A stretch of DNA of 64,000 nucleotides from Epithemia pelagica (Eukaryota > Protista > Bacillariophyta), in NCBI GenBank assembly GCA_946965045.2, contig OX337239.1:2542001-2606000 (forward strand), given 5' to 3'. Positions 13,347-23,815 of the stretch are shown here, in pieces; position 1 is the stretch's first letter; each line of letters begins with the position of its first letter. A model generated the notes under the pieces. The model had not been told where the DNA came from. It ran no database searches and saw only the letters and a list, made by a program, of their open reading frames with translations. A program made the position numbers and the translations under genes.

Positions 13347-13533
13347 CCGAATTCCGAGATCTGGCCCGAATTCCGAGATCTGGCCCGAATTCCGAGATCG
13401 ACCCGAATTCCGACAAAAGTATACTTTATTTGAGAGTAAAAACCCGAATTCCGAGATCTGGCCCGAATTCCGAGATCGACCCGAATTCCGAGATCTGGCC
13501 CGAATTCCGAGATCGACCCGAATTCCGAGATCG
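13347..13533. repeat. Minisatellite of 18-19-bp units CCGAATTCCGAGATC(TGGC/GAC), two blocks split by a short AT-rich spacer
   Basis: About 8-9 near-identical units are directly visible between the two divergent transposon genes. Confidence 0.9.
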
Positions 13534-13904
13534 GGACCAGATTTCTGACATCAGGACCAAAATTAATTATTGACACGTGCCATCCAACTGACCGGCCCGC
13601 TTTCTTACGCTTAATCGGTTGTTTGTCTAATCTGTAATGGACATGTACGTGCTAAGTCAATATGACAGGTCTGGAGAGTGGTGTTATATTGGTCACGAAT
13701 GAAGTCATCTGCCTATGTAACACTATCAACGAAATCAACATGGATCCGTTCAAATTTTTCGGTGGGGAACGGTCCCTAATCCACAGTTGTAGTCCCTAGT
13801 AGAAGTAGAAAGGAGAAATCGATGCTCGCGTGAATCGTGAAAGGTACGATTTCTACCTAAAAGTCGTGTCTCGTCCTCAAGATTTCTCACAAAAACTGTC
13901 CATC

Positions 13905-14903
13905 ATGGCTCCGTCGAATGCCGAGGGGAACAAGCGGCAACGCTGGTCTGCCCCAAACCCTGAAGACTTTTTGTACTATGCCCGGTTGATCTGGAGCAAC
14001 GATTCCCTTTTGTTCCGCCGTAAAAAGGGGACCGTCCAAAGTGAGGAGCGGATGTTTCGGCAGTATTTTGGGTGTGGCATTCTTGTTTGCTTGAATTTGT
14101 GGTGCGCTCTTGTGGAGTCCGACTTGGTGTCTGTGTCAGGAACAATGTCCCATCTTCTTTGGACACTCATGTTCCTTCGGGTGTATGCAAAGGAACGAGT
14201 ATTGTGCACTCTGGCTGGTGGTGTCAACAGGAACACGTTCTCGAAATGGACATGGCTCTTCATTGATGCCATTGTCCGCCTTGAAAGTCAAGTGGTAAGT
14301 CTCCCTACAGTGGTTTTTGTTTGTTTTTGTTTCATTGTCTAACATTCCGAGAATGCTTTACAGATAGTGTGGGAAAACTGCTATAAGCTAGACAAAGGGA
14401 ATGACTGCCTCATTAGTGTTGATGGGACAGACTTTCGGGTGGCTGAGAACGGACGCAAGTTCTACAGCCACAAATTCAAGAAAAGTGCCCTCAGATATGA
14501 AATTGGGCTGTGTATTTTGACAGGGGATGTCGTGTGGTTGAATGGGCCATACGTTGCTGGCAGCCACAACGACATCACAATTTTCCGTGACTGTCTTCTG
14601 TCACACCTCGACCCCAATGAGAGGGTCGAGGCTGATGATGGCTACCGTGGCAAAGATCCTGAGTTTGTCAAGTGCCCAGCTGGATTCAGCAATCCAGCAG
14701 ACAATCTGAAAATGCAATAACGAGTCCGAAGCCAACAAGAAACCATCAACAAACGGTTCAAGGACTGGGGTTGTCTGCGTCAAACGTGGCGGCATGATAT
14801 TGCGTCCCATGGCCGTGCTTTCCGTGTCATCCTTATCGTCTCGCAACTTGCCATCAACAATGGAGAGAAACTCTTCTCCGTTGACTACACAGATCCATCC
14901 TAG
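13905..14903 (+). pseudogene. DDE_Tnp_4-type transposase; intron 14295-14363, premature TAA at 14718-14720
   Basis: HTH-like N-terminus, then ISVDGTDFR, YSHKF, LRYEIG, VEADDGYRG and, past the stop, RVRSQQETINKRFKDWG (D..D..E triad). It ends at TAG 14901-14903. Confidence 0.85.
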
Positions 14904-15583
14904 TCGTCCACAGATCCATAGTCCATAGTCGTAACAGATACTAGTGAAATTAGCCATTGTCGAAATTCGGGTTTTAGCTATGGACTGTCAACACTATCTG
15001 CTTCAAGGCAATGATTAACTAGGATAGGTTGTGTTATGACTACTAGCCAGACTTCTCGTTCGGACTCGACAGGTTATTGGCCGATCTCTTGGCAGCCTCT
15101 CGTCCGAGACGGAACCAGCTTTTAAGGCAATTTCGTTATGCCGTATGCCGGCCCTCTAGAAACAGGTTGTTTTTGGACCAGAGGGATGGGGGTGGTTAAC
15201 TGAAATTAAACCCTCAAAACCACCCCCGCTAGGGGGTGACAAAAACTCGTTCAACGCTCTCGCTCTCTCGTCGTGTCCACACAAACAAAGATCCATTGTC
15301 GTGTTATCGAACGAGGATCTCCGCCATCAGATCAGGGTGGACTCGACAAAAGCGGCCAGTAGTATCGTTTCTCCGAAGGACAAGCTTACTTGTGTGGAAT
15401 TGAGGGCTTCATTCATTTGTAAAACATTGAAGGGTAAGTACGCTCTTGTTCCTCCATGATGGATCCTGTGACATGCGATTTTGATGAAGCGTGACAACTG
15501 TTTTGTCATTTGAACCGACACGTGTCGGTTGGTTCTCACGTCTACGGAACGCACTGACTCTATTTCATTGCCTTATTGAATGA

Positions 15584-18467
15584 ATGAAGCTTTCAGGAAC
15601 AATGAGAGAATCTTGGCGTTTGCTTGGAAGTCTGATCACCACGACGTGGTTGATCGCATCGATATCGGCACAATCCGACTCGAAGATGCCTCCCCCTTTT
15701 TTCTTACAAGACCCAACGGACTCCTTATGTCTCGCTGGAGAGGTCTTTAAACGATGCTCCATAGATACGCTATGGTACGCCACTGGCACCCAAGGTGAGT
15801 CTCTTTTTTATTGCGTGCAGTGGTTGAATGGATGCTGTCAGCATTGTAGTTCTCAGCATTGTTGTGACACGCATAGGGGCCTATCAAATTCACAAACGAC
15901 CTTTGGATGGAGTGGTGGACGAGCAGGATGACGGACTTTGCTTATCGAAAAAGAGTTGCAAGGACTCAGATATCGAGAAGATGATGGATGTCAAAGTCAC
16001 CAAATGCAGTAACTGTGGTGCCAAGGGATGGAATATTCTCGGTGAGAACGAAGTCGGATATACGTTGTTAACCGACGATGGAAAAACATGTCTAGCACGA
16101 TTGCCTGCAGCGGAGGGAGGACCAAACTCTCCAGTCGTCAATGACAAGGCAGTCACAGCTCCTTGCGACGGCAAAGATACGCCAGTCACAACCTTGCAGC
16201 TTCAGTTTGCTTCCGCCTCCGATATTTCTACCATGGCCTCACCCGGGGCACGCCTCGTGACGGCTGCAGCAGATGGCGATAAGAAAATGATCCAGAATAT
16301 TTTGAAGGAAGATGGTGTAAGCATCAATGATAAAGATTGGGATGGCTTGACTGCCTTGATCCCTGCAGCATCCGCCGGACATTTGGACTTGTGCAAGTTC
16401 TTAGTCAAGACCGCAGGAAGCGATGTTAATGCTGCTGACAAGGACGGAATTACGGCCCTCATGGAAGCCTCTATCATGGGGCATGTCAAAATTGTTGAAT
16501 TTTTGATTGAAAATGGAGCCACGGTGGACGAAACTGCCAAATCGGGTATTACTGCGCTGTGGTTAGCTGCGAGTGAAGGACAAGACGACGTCGTCAAACT
16601 CTTACTGAACAAGGGCAATGCGGATCCTGCCAATACGCGCATTGATGGAATTTCGGCGCTCATGACTGCAGCTGTGGGTGGACATGCTTCCATGGTCAAG
16701 TTATTGCTCGAACAAGCAGGTGTCAATGCTACCGCCGTGGACAAGGAAGGACTGACTCCCCTGATGAATTCTGCGGAGAAAGGGGATGTCGAAGTTGTGA
16801 AGGCTTTGCTGGAGTCTATTCCAGCAGAAGAACGTGGCACATACGTCAACCACTTCTCTGCTACCGGATTTACGGCTCTTGTCATTGCTTCAGCGCACGG
16901 ACACAAGGACGCCGTCGAGGCAATGTTGGATTATGGTGCTGACGCTTCGATTGGGTGTCAAGATACCGGTGTGACTGCGCTCATGTATGCAGCGGCCAAC
17001 AAACAGTTGGACGTTGTAAAATTGCTATTGGAAAAGGGTAAAGTAGACGTGGATCAGCGTCACAATGGTGGTGGAACTGCCTTGATTGAAGCTGGATCTG
17101 GAGGGGCAGTGGAAGCCATGAAAATATTAATCGAAGCTGGTGCGAACATTGATGCGAAGGACGAGGATGGAGTATCTCCGCTCATGGGCATCGCTTCCAC
17201 TTGCGTAATGGAAGGGCAAGAATACATGTGGGATTTGTTGGAAAAGGCTGGTTTGGCTGATGTAGAAATCAATCGCATGTCATTCTCTGGGGGCACCCCA
17301 ATCATGTTTGCGGCTGCGGGTGGCCATACCCCATGTGTTCAATTCTTCCTGGATCGCGGAGCGCACGTAAATGTCCGGTCCAAGGCGACACCGGAGTACT
17401 TGGCCAAGCTAGAGCAACATCAATTGGAATCGGGTACCACTGAACAAAACGAAAATGAACGCCATGTTGACGATGTCACACCACTGATTGTAGCCACCCA
17501 AGGAGGGCATTTGGAATGTGTACAAGCGCTACTGGATGCTGGTGCTGACGCTACGTTGGTAGATGCGGAAGGACGAACTGCCTTGACACTGGCAATCAAA
17601 GGCAATTATGGCGATGTAGCGATCGCGTTGATTAAGGCAGGCGCTGATCCGAACATGCCCTTTACCGATGAAGAAGGAGTGGAACACAACTTGCTCTTTG
17701 ATTCCATTATGGTAGAGAATGAAGAGTTTGCCAAAGTGCTTGTTGAGAAAGGAGCAGATTTGTATCACAAGGATGCCAAACTTGTCTCGACGTTGCTTCA
17801 AGCTAGTCATCGTGGATTGGTGGACGTTGTTCGTGTTCTTGTGGATGCTCACAAGTCTCGCGGCAATGGTAGCACGTTCTTGGACGATGCCAGTGATGAA
17901 GGTGTAACTCCTCTGATTGCCGCCGCTTCGGAAGGACATGACGCTGTTGTATCGCTCCTGCTTCAAGTTGGTGCCAATGGGAATGCAAAGGACAAAGATG
18001 GGACATCGGCGTTAATGGCAGCTTCTGCACGAGGGCATTTATCCATTGTGAAGGTTTTGATTGCGAATGGTTCCAATGTGAATGAACAAAACCAAGATGG
18101 GCATTCCGCGCTCATGTTTGCGTATAATGGCAAGAACCAAGTACAAACCCTGTTGGAACGATACGAACAGTACTATGAGGAACAACAGCAGGCTTCGCAG
18201 GAGCAAGGTACAGAGGAAGTACAAGAAGAACAGGATGATGGTGGTACTGGACCAATAATTAAAGAAGCTTTGAGCAATCACACGGCATTGGTGGACTTTT
18301 TGCTCAGCAATGGTGCAGATGCCTCTCTTAAAGATAAGGAGGGGCATGTGGCAAAAGATTTTGACTATCAAGCAGATAATCCAGCCGTGTTTGGTAAGGG
18401 AACCCTGAACTCAGATAATGAGGCCACAGGAAGTAGGGGAACCAATGATGCAAAGGAAGAATTGTAA
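15584..18467 (+). CDS. Secretory-pathway ankyrin-repeat protein with a Cys-rich N-terminal domain and C-terminal KEEL; intron 15795-15876
   Basis: Signal-peptide-like RLLGSLITTTWLIASISAQ, a Cys-rich segment, many GxTALxxAAxxG ankyrin repeats, and the end AKEEL*. Splice is CAAG|GTGAGT...ATAG|GG. Confidence 0.85.
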
Positions 18468-18764
18468 AGCCTATCCCTGTATGAAGGTTGCAACAGCAGA
18501 ACCAAAAAGATCCTCAACTCCGTATGTAGTATGTCAACTTTAGTACTAAAGGCGTTAACTTCTCATTCTACGTTTCGTGTGACTTTTTGTTTGAGGAGCA
18601 GCCTTCACCAATAAATGACAAGTCTGTGAGCCACTTATACAGAGGATATGGAGGTGCACATGGGAGACGAGTTCTGAGACAAATCATGAGGCCTAGAAAT
18701 GACACCTAGTTTGGTACTTCATCGAAAAGTACACATTTCCGGGTGGCCGTTCTGCTTTCTTCAC

Positions 18765-20489
18765 TCATGGGGTTCCATTGGCAACATTGCCAATCTCCGT
18801 TGCAGCATCCTCCTTGTCTCCCCCTCCCTCAACAGCAACAGTCTCATCGCTTACGACAGCAACAGGTTGGTAGACAGGTCCATTGGTCGGTAGGACCTGA
18901 CTCCCGGCAAAGTCACCTCTCTCTACGGCGAATGTTGTTGCAATTCCTGCCGGATCGTACCCTTGCTGTCGTTGGCCTGCGTCTACCCACTGTCGTTGAG
19001 GCGGTTGTGGCGGTGTTTGTGATGTGGCTGTGGATGGGACAGGAGGCCGTTGGGGTGGACAGGAGGGTGGCCAAGCGACACCGAAAAAATAGGTTGAGAT
19101 AAGAACAGTGGCAACACTAACGTACATGGTTCCAGTTGAGGTGGTTTCATATCCCCAAAACCAAAAGGTCAAAACCGTTGACAAAGCGTAGGCTAGGACC
19201 AAACACAACTTGTCGTGGAGAGCTGTGACATATTTCAAGGTAGCCATCATCAAAACTGTACCCATGGACAAGAGAGGGACAAAGAAACACCTCCAAAGAA
19301 TCACACTCGAAGTTTCATCCGTTTGTTCACTTTCACTCTCATCATCTTCTTCGTCAAAGGGTATTGATTTCGGTGTCCAAATGGTTTGAACAAGATTAAT
19401 CAATCCAGCATAGACAGAGTATTGAATGGATCGCATCCACAAGGATGCCGAGGGGGGCGAGGCACGTGCCAACGCCAAATCTTGTTTCAGTATTCTTTCC
19501 CAATAAACCGCAGCACCAGCTCCAGCAGCAATCGACAACAGCACCCAGGACAAGCCAGTCACTACGATCTTCAGCCAACTTCCATAACGCCTAACTCCAC
19601 CATGAACAGGATTGGCCAACAAGGTTCCAATCAGGGAGGAGCACAAACAAAGCCATTGATGTCGAGTAAATCTATACTGGAACACAATGGTACACAAACA
19701 TGCCACACCCACCAGGACACCTTGTAAGCTTAACTCAGCAACAAAAAATGGCAAGTAATAAAAGGATTGATAGATTGCATGCCTTTCAATCAGCGTCAAC
19801 AACACCACCACTGCCGGTTTGAGGGCATCCTTGTAATTTTGTACAAAATTCAGTGCAAGGGATTGATACAATAAGGATGTGGCGGTAGACCAGAGCGACG
19901 AGAGGGAGGACCAAGAAGCAGGCAGAGTACGAAGACGGTTCTGTTGAAACTCTTGTTTCGCTTGTTCCCAGATTTCCAACACGACACAAACCACGAGACG
20001 CAGCACATCGAGAAAAAAGTTGAAGGCGTGCAACCGACGGCGATCCATGTGTTCGTATTGATGTAGAATCACTTGTAAATGCACCAAGACTCGTATCAAA
20101 AATGCCTGGATAGTGGTGGCAATCAGCAGTCCCCATTGGAAGAGAGATAAGTTGTAATAAGTCTCGGAAACCAACCGACCATTCGTCAACACCGCCTCAA
20201 GCAACGAATCTGAATCATTGTCGGGAGATACAAGACCTGGACCTGGTTGTTCAGTAGCTAAAGGAGGTGTAGGTATGGAGGTAATCGTATTCGCCTTAGT
20301 GGAAAGAGATCCATCCAAATCTTGTGGACTGGACGACGGACCGGATCTTGTCTCGATTACTACGGGTGCGGCTTCCTCCTGTCCGTTAAGATGTCGTCGT
20401 TCTTCTTGTTGATGATGCGACTCATATTCCGAGGAGAGCAAGGGCTCCTGAAGGGGATGATTAGGACGATTACTATTGTTTGGATTCAT
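18765..20489 (-). CDS. Nucleotide-sugar transporter (SLC35A/CMP-sialic acid/UDP-galactose-like, DMT superfamily)
   Basis: Multiple hydrophobic helices, QWLCLCSSLIG, GAGAAVYWERILK, LWMRSIQ, LKYVTALHDK. The likely ATG is at 20489 (MNPNNS); the track's start at 20654 is not an ATG. Confidence 0.75.
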   Translation of the reverse strand: MNPNNSNRPNHPLQEPLLSSEYESHHQQEERRHLNGQEEAAPVVIETRSGPSSSPQDLDGSLSTKANTITSIPTPPLATEQPGPGLVSPDNDSDSLLEAVLTNGRLVSETYYNLSLFQWGLLIATTIQAFLIRVLVHLQVILHQYEHMDRRRLHAFNFFLDVLRLVVCVVLEIWEQAKQEFQQNRLRTLPASWSSLSSLWSTATSLLYQSLALNFVQNYKDALKPAVVVLLTLIERHAIYQSFYYLPFFVAELSLQGVLVGVACLCTIVFQYRFTRHQWLCLCSSLIGTLLANPVHGGVRRYGSWLKIVVTGLSWVLLSIAAGAGAAVYWERILKQDLALARASPPSASLWMRSIQYSVYAGLINLVQTIWTPKSIPFDEEDDESESEQTDETSSVILWRCFFVPLLSMGTVLMMATLKYVTALHDKLCLVLAYALSTVLTFWFWGYETTSTGTMYVSVATVLISTYFFGVAWPPSCPPQRPPVPSTATSQTPPQPPQRQWVDAGQRQQGYDPAGIATTFAVERGDFAGSQVLPTNGPVYQPVAVVSDETVAVEGGGDKEDAATEIGNVANGTP

Positions 20490-20813
20490 CTCGCTTGTTC
20501 TGGTCGAATCTAATTGATGGATACAGCGATGGCGATCACTCGTCACTCGTAGGAGTATGAGCAAGATCGATTCAATCGTGTGAACGGCCGCGCGGTGTAT
20601 GTCCTCGGATAGATTCAATAGTAATAGTAGGGCTAGGGTGCCATACCCATGCATAAGGCTATCTCCACCCGAGCGCCGCTATGCTGACGTATTCGAGCTT
20701 TCTGATTGGCCTCGCTATCCGGATAGCGGGTTAGCGGAGCCAAGAGGAAATGAACTCCACGATCTCCGTTATACAACAGTGCCGCTATTGATAAGGCATT
20801 TGCAAATTCACAT

Positions 20814-22241
20814 ATGCCCTATCTTGTTTCGGTTTTAAAGAATGAGAGGGGAGAGGGGTCATCAAACAATAGTCAGCAAGAACAGACCAAAGTTTGCTCA
20901 AAAAAGATGGAGGACTCGTTGGATGAACTGTTGGAGCTGCTCCAACAGGAGGCAGATGTTGACATTGGTGTAGCTTCTACAGTTGCATCTGACCTCCTGG
21001 AACAACATACTAGCACCCAACATGGTGGTTCGCCTAAAGGAAAGGCACCAAACAAGAGTCGTGACTTTGACGAAGCGTACAAGCGATTGGTGCGCAATTA
21101 CTTTGATGGAGAAAACTCCATCTACGACGAGGCAGACTTTGAGCGTCGGTTCCGATTACCCCGCGCAGTTTTCAATCAGATATACAACCAACTTTATGGT
21201 AGTGGTTGCTTCACGCAACATTACATGCTTGATGGACGTCCTGGGATCAACCCACTTGTGCGTCTTGTGGCTTGCTTTCGGAAGATTGCTTATGGGGATG
21301 CTGATGACAGGGAAGATGAAAATCTTTGCTTGTCTGAGTCGGTCTTACATGAATCCTTTGAGCAATTCTTATCCCTTATCAAACAACATTTTGCCAAAGA
21401 CTATTTAAATCGCCAACCTACGTCTTCGGAAAAGGAGCACGCGTTGAAGAAAAATGCTGCTCGTAACTTCCCAGGTTGCTTTGCGTCATGGGATTGCAAG
21501 CATTTCAATTGGGAAAACTGTCCTAAAGCTTGGGAAGGGCAATTCCGTGGAAAGGAGGGTGTCACCACTCTTGTATTGGAAGCAATTTGTGATCCTGACT
21601 TGTACATTTGGTTTTTCTTTTTTGGGCAACCAGGGACTTTGAACGACATAAACATTCTGGATAAGAGTTCCATAGTTGGCGCAATGGTGAATGGCTCCTT
21701 TGATTTTTCGTGTCCCGCTCCATACAAGATAGGACCAAATTGGAGAGACTACATGTACTTCTTGGTGGATGGTATCTATCCAGACTGGTCCATTTTCATT
21801 GATTCCTGTCAGGGCTCTGATGAAGAAAAGCTCAAGTATTTTTCATCATGTCAAGAAGCCGTCCGTAAAGACATTGAACGCTGTTTTGGTGTTCTGGTTA
21901 AGAGGTTCCATATTCTCAAGCGACCTCTGCGGTTCTGGACCCGATCAAAAATTGGAGATGTGTTGGATTGTTGTATTATCCTACACAACATGTGTGTCGA
22001 GCATGGACGTGGCACGGATCCGATGGATGTCGATAGCGAAAACATGGCGTTCAATGCCGAGACAGATGAAGTCGTGTCGTTGTTTGGTGCACCAGCCGAG
22101 GAAGTTGGTGCTGTCGGAGGAAGTGGAATTCAAGCCATTCTCCAGCATGCTCATTTGCAGGAGAATATCCAGGACTCGCAACAAAAAATATCCCTAAAAG
22201 GCGACCTGATTGAACATGCATGGTCTAAACGTAACGGGTAG
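20814..22241 (+). CDS. Harbinger transposase (plant-type DDE nuclease)
   Basis: FERRFRLPR, FASWDCKHFNW, GTLNDINIL, FLVDGIYP, QEAVRKDIERCFGVL, CIILHNM. The start may instead be ATG 20907. Confidence 0.92.
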   Translation: MPYLVSVLKNERGEGSSNNSQQEQTKVCSKKMEDSLDELLELLQQEADVDIGVASTVASDLLEQHTSTQHGGSPKGKAPNKSRDFDEAYKRLVRNYFDGENSIYDEADFERRFRLPRAVFNQIYNQLYGSGCFTQHYMLDGRPGINPLVRLVACFRKIAYGDADDREDENLCLSESVLHESFEQFLSLIKQHFAKDYLNRQPTSSEKEHALKKNAARNFPGCFASWDCKHFNWENCPKAWEGQFRGKEGVTTLVLEAICDPDLYIWFFFFGQPGTLNDINILDKSSIVGAMVNGSFDFSCPAPYKIGPNWRDYMYFLVDGIYPDWSIFIDSCQGSDEEKLKYFSSCQEAVRKDIERCFGVLVKRFHILKRPLRFWTRSKIGDVLDCCIILHNMCVEHGRGTDPMDVDSENMAFNAETDEVVSLFGAPAEEVGAVGGSGIQAILQHAHLQENIQDSQQKISLKGDLIEHAWSKRNG

Positions 22242-22249
22242 GTTAATCA

Positions 22250-23209
22250 CTAAATACTAGTTGCAAGCTGGTTGAGTGCAACCGCCACTTCAGATTCATC
22301 GCCGTCTATAATTTCTGTAGAGTAAGTGCTTTCTTCTGGGTCATTTTCCTTGTCACCTTCGTTTGTACCAGGTTCATTTTCTTTTTCACCTTCACCAGCG
22401 CTAGACAGGTTTTGTCCATATTTGCGCAAGGTTTCTTCAAGAAGCTGTTGCTTGAGTTGGTAAACTTGGTCCTTGTGAGTCTCACCACACAATGAGATAA
22501 CGCTCTTCAGCTGTGCCAGACGCCCAATGCTCTCTAACTGTTTATTACGGTGCTCGATAGCAAGGCGGAGTCTCTTTGCTTCTTCAAGCCGTTCTCGTGT
22601 CTCATCAGTCTTTTTGTTCTTGAGCATTTTTGATTTTGCCATGTCTCGACCACCAGGACAACTCTTGCTGTTGGGCTTAGGAGTAGATGCCACTTGTTCC
22701 GCATCTGCTGAGGAATCAAAAACGGAGTCCGTCACGTCGTCATCCTCTCCAGAGTTGGACGAAGAGGACTTGGCAACAGCAAATTTAGGGATATCTTTTA
22801 ATTCGATCCATGCCAGATAGTTGGGCCACTGGCATGCATCAAAGCTCTTGAAAAGGTAGGAAGGAAGCGAACTTTTTTTGAGGTGAATCGCCACTGCCAT
22901 GTTTATTTTCTGTTGCTTGTCCACACCACTTAGATTTGCTCCTTCGACCAACCGCAACACACTGTTGAACTTCTGGATGTCTGCGAAAACTCTATCACGC
23001 AAATGTCCAAAAATGGACGCGGTGGAGCGATAGTGGTAGCATTGTTTGTCGCAACCATGTGGGGCGAGTGCTGCAATGTTTACTTTTACCTTTTCACGGA
23101 ATATATCAGCTTTCTGGTCAGCACCAGAAATAGGGTCGGCAGAGGCCCTCTTCCACGCAAGTGCAGCAATGCGCTTTTCTTCAGGTGACCACACAGACCC
23201 ACGACCCAT
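22250..23209 (-). CDS. Harbinger ORF2, Myb/SANT-like (NAM-associated) DNA-binding protein
   Basis: Starts MGRGSVWSPEEKRIAALAW...DPISGADQKADIF, has a PGGRDMAK motif and a coiled-coil C-terminus, and lies inside the TIRs convergent with the transposase. Confidence 0.82.
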   Translation of the reverse strand: MGRGSVWSPEEKRIAALAWKRASADPISGADQKADIFREKVKVNIAALAPHGCDKQCYHYRSTASIFGHLRDRVFADIQKFNSVLRLVEGANLSGVDKQQKINMAVAIHLKKSSLPSYLFKSFDACQWPNYLAWIELKDIPKFAVAKSSSSNSGEDDDVTDSVFDSSADAEQVASTPKPNSKSCPGGRDMAKSKMLKNKKTDETRERLEEAKRLRLAIEHRNKQLESIGRLAQLKSVISLCGETHKDQVYQLKQQLLEETLRKYGQNLSSAGEGEKENEPGTNEGDKENDPEESTYSTEIIDGDESEVAVALNQLATSI

Positions 23210-23612
23210 GTTTTCTGTTTGATTGTTTTATGAAGGAGGCATAGAAAACACAACCATGAAACCCAAGAGATGGCATGCGATCGCTACCATGCCATCTCTT
23301 CGGCGGGAGAGATTCAAAAACACAACAGAATACACAAACCCACGACCGATGTTTTCTGTTTGATTGTTTTATGAAGGAGGCATAAAAAACACCAGCATGA
23401 AACCCAAGAGATGCCATGCGATCGCTACCATGCCACCTCTTCGGCGGGAGAGATTCAAAAACACAACAGAATACACAGACCCACGACCGATGTTTTCTGT
23501 TTGATTGTTTTATGAAGGAGGCATAAAAAACACCAGCATGAAACCCAAGAGATGCCATGCGATCGCTACCATGCCACCTCTTCGGCGGGAGAGATTCAAA
23601 AACACTACAGAA
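23191..23612. repeat. Three tandem copies of an about 141-bp unit covering the ORF2 start and promoter
   Basis: Units begin at 23191, 23332 and 23473 (ACACA(G/A)ACCCACGACC(C/G)ATGTTTTCTG...). Confidence 0.9.
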
Positions 23613-23815
23613 CCAAATGAAGGGGACGCTGTTGGCATCATGCGTTGATTTATTTATGCCTACGGTTACCGCTATCCGCTATTTTTCCTCTGCTATTGGG
23701 GGCCCCAAATAGCGGCAAAAATAGCGGATAGGGGAGCTGTTTAGCGGTTAGAGGAGATGGTGGAGTTCAATAGCGGTATTTGGACCATTAGCGGCCCCGG
23801 GTGGAGATAGCCTAA

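Larger units (their letters stand above)
11740..15134. mobile_element. PHIS-group (PIF/Harbinger-ISL2EU-like, DDE_Tnp_4) DNA transposon with two divergent genes, decayed
   Basis: 31-bp TIRs at 11740-11770 (GAAATTGCCTTAAAAGCTTGTTCCGTCTCGG) and 15104-15134, with 1 mismatch. GTT lies on both sides (11737-11739, 15135-15137). It encodes a DDE transposase and an accessory gene. Confidence 0.78.
11113..15238. mobile_element. Non-autonomous TIR element (MITE, about 730 bp when empty) with about 120-bp imperfect TIRs and a 10-bp TSD, interrupted by a nested transposon
   Basis: The ends CACCCCCTAGCGGGGGTGG...TCTAGAGGGCCGGCATA and TATGCCGGCCCTCTAGA...CCACCCCCGCTAGGGGGTG are inverted. ACAAAAACTC is duplicated at 11103-11112 and 15239-15248. 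The IR continues internally (about 11209-11228 versus about 11709-11728). Confidence 0.85.
20657..23812. mobile_element. Full-length PIF/Harbinger DNA transposon (3156 bp)
   Basis: TIR GGCTATCTCCACCCG(AGC/GG)GCCGCTA at both ends, TAA TSD at 20654-20656 and 23813-23815, and two intact convergent ORFs. Confidence 0.95.

Noticed and set aside
13347-13533. CRISPR-like array
   Set aside because: Units are head-to-tail with no unique spacers, there are no cas genes, and the context is eukaryotic.
11113-15238. A single DDE_Tnp_4 transposon making a 10-bp TSD
   Set aside because: An inner 31-bp TIR pair with its own GTT duplication explains the structure as two nested elements.
20490-20654. N-terminal 55 codons of the 629-aa transporter ORF
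   Set aside because: The track start is not ATG and coincides with the Harbinger TSD; ATG 20489 is more plausible.
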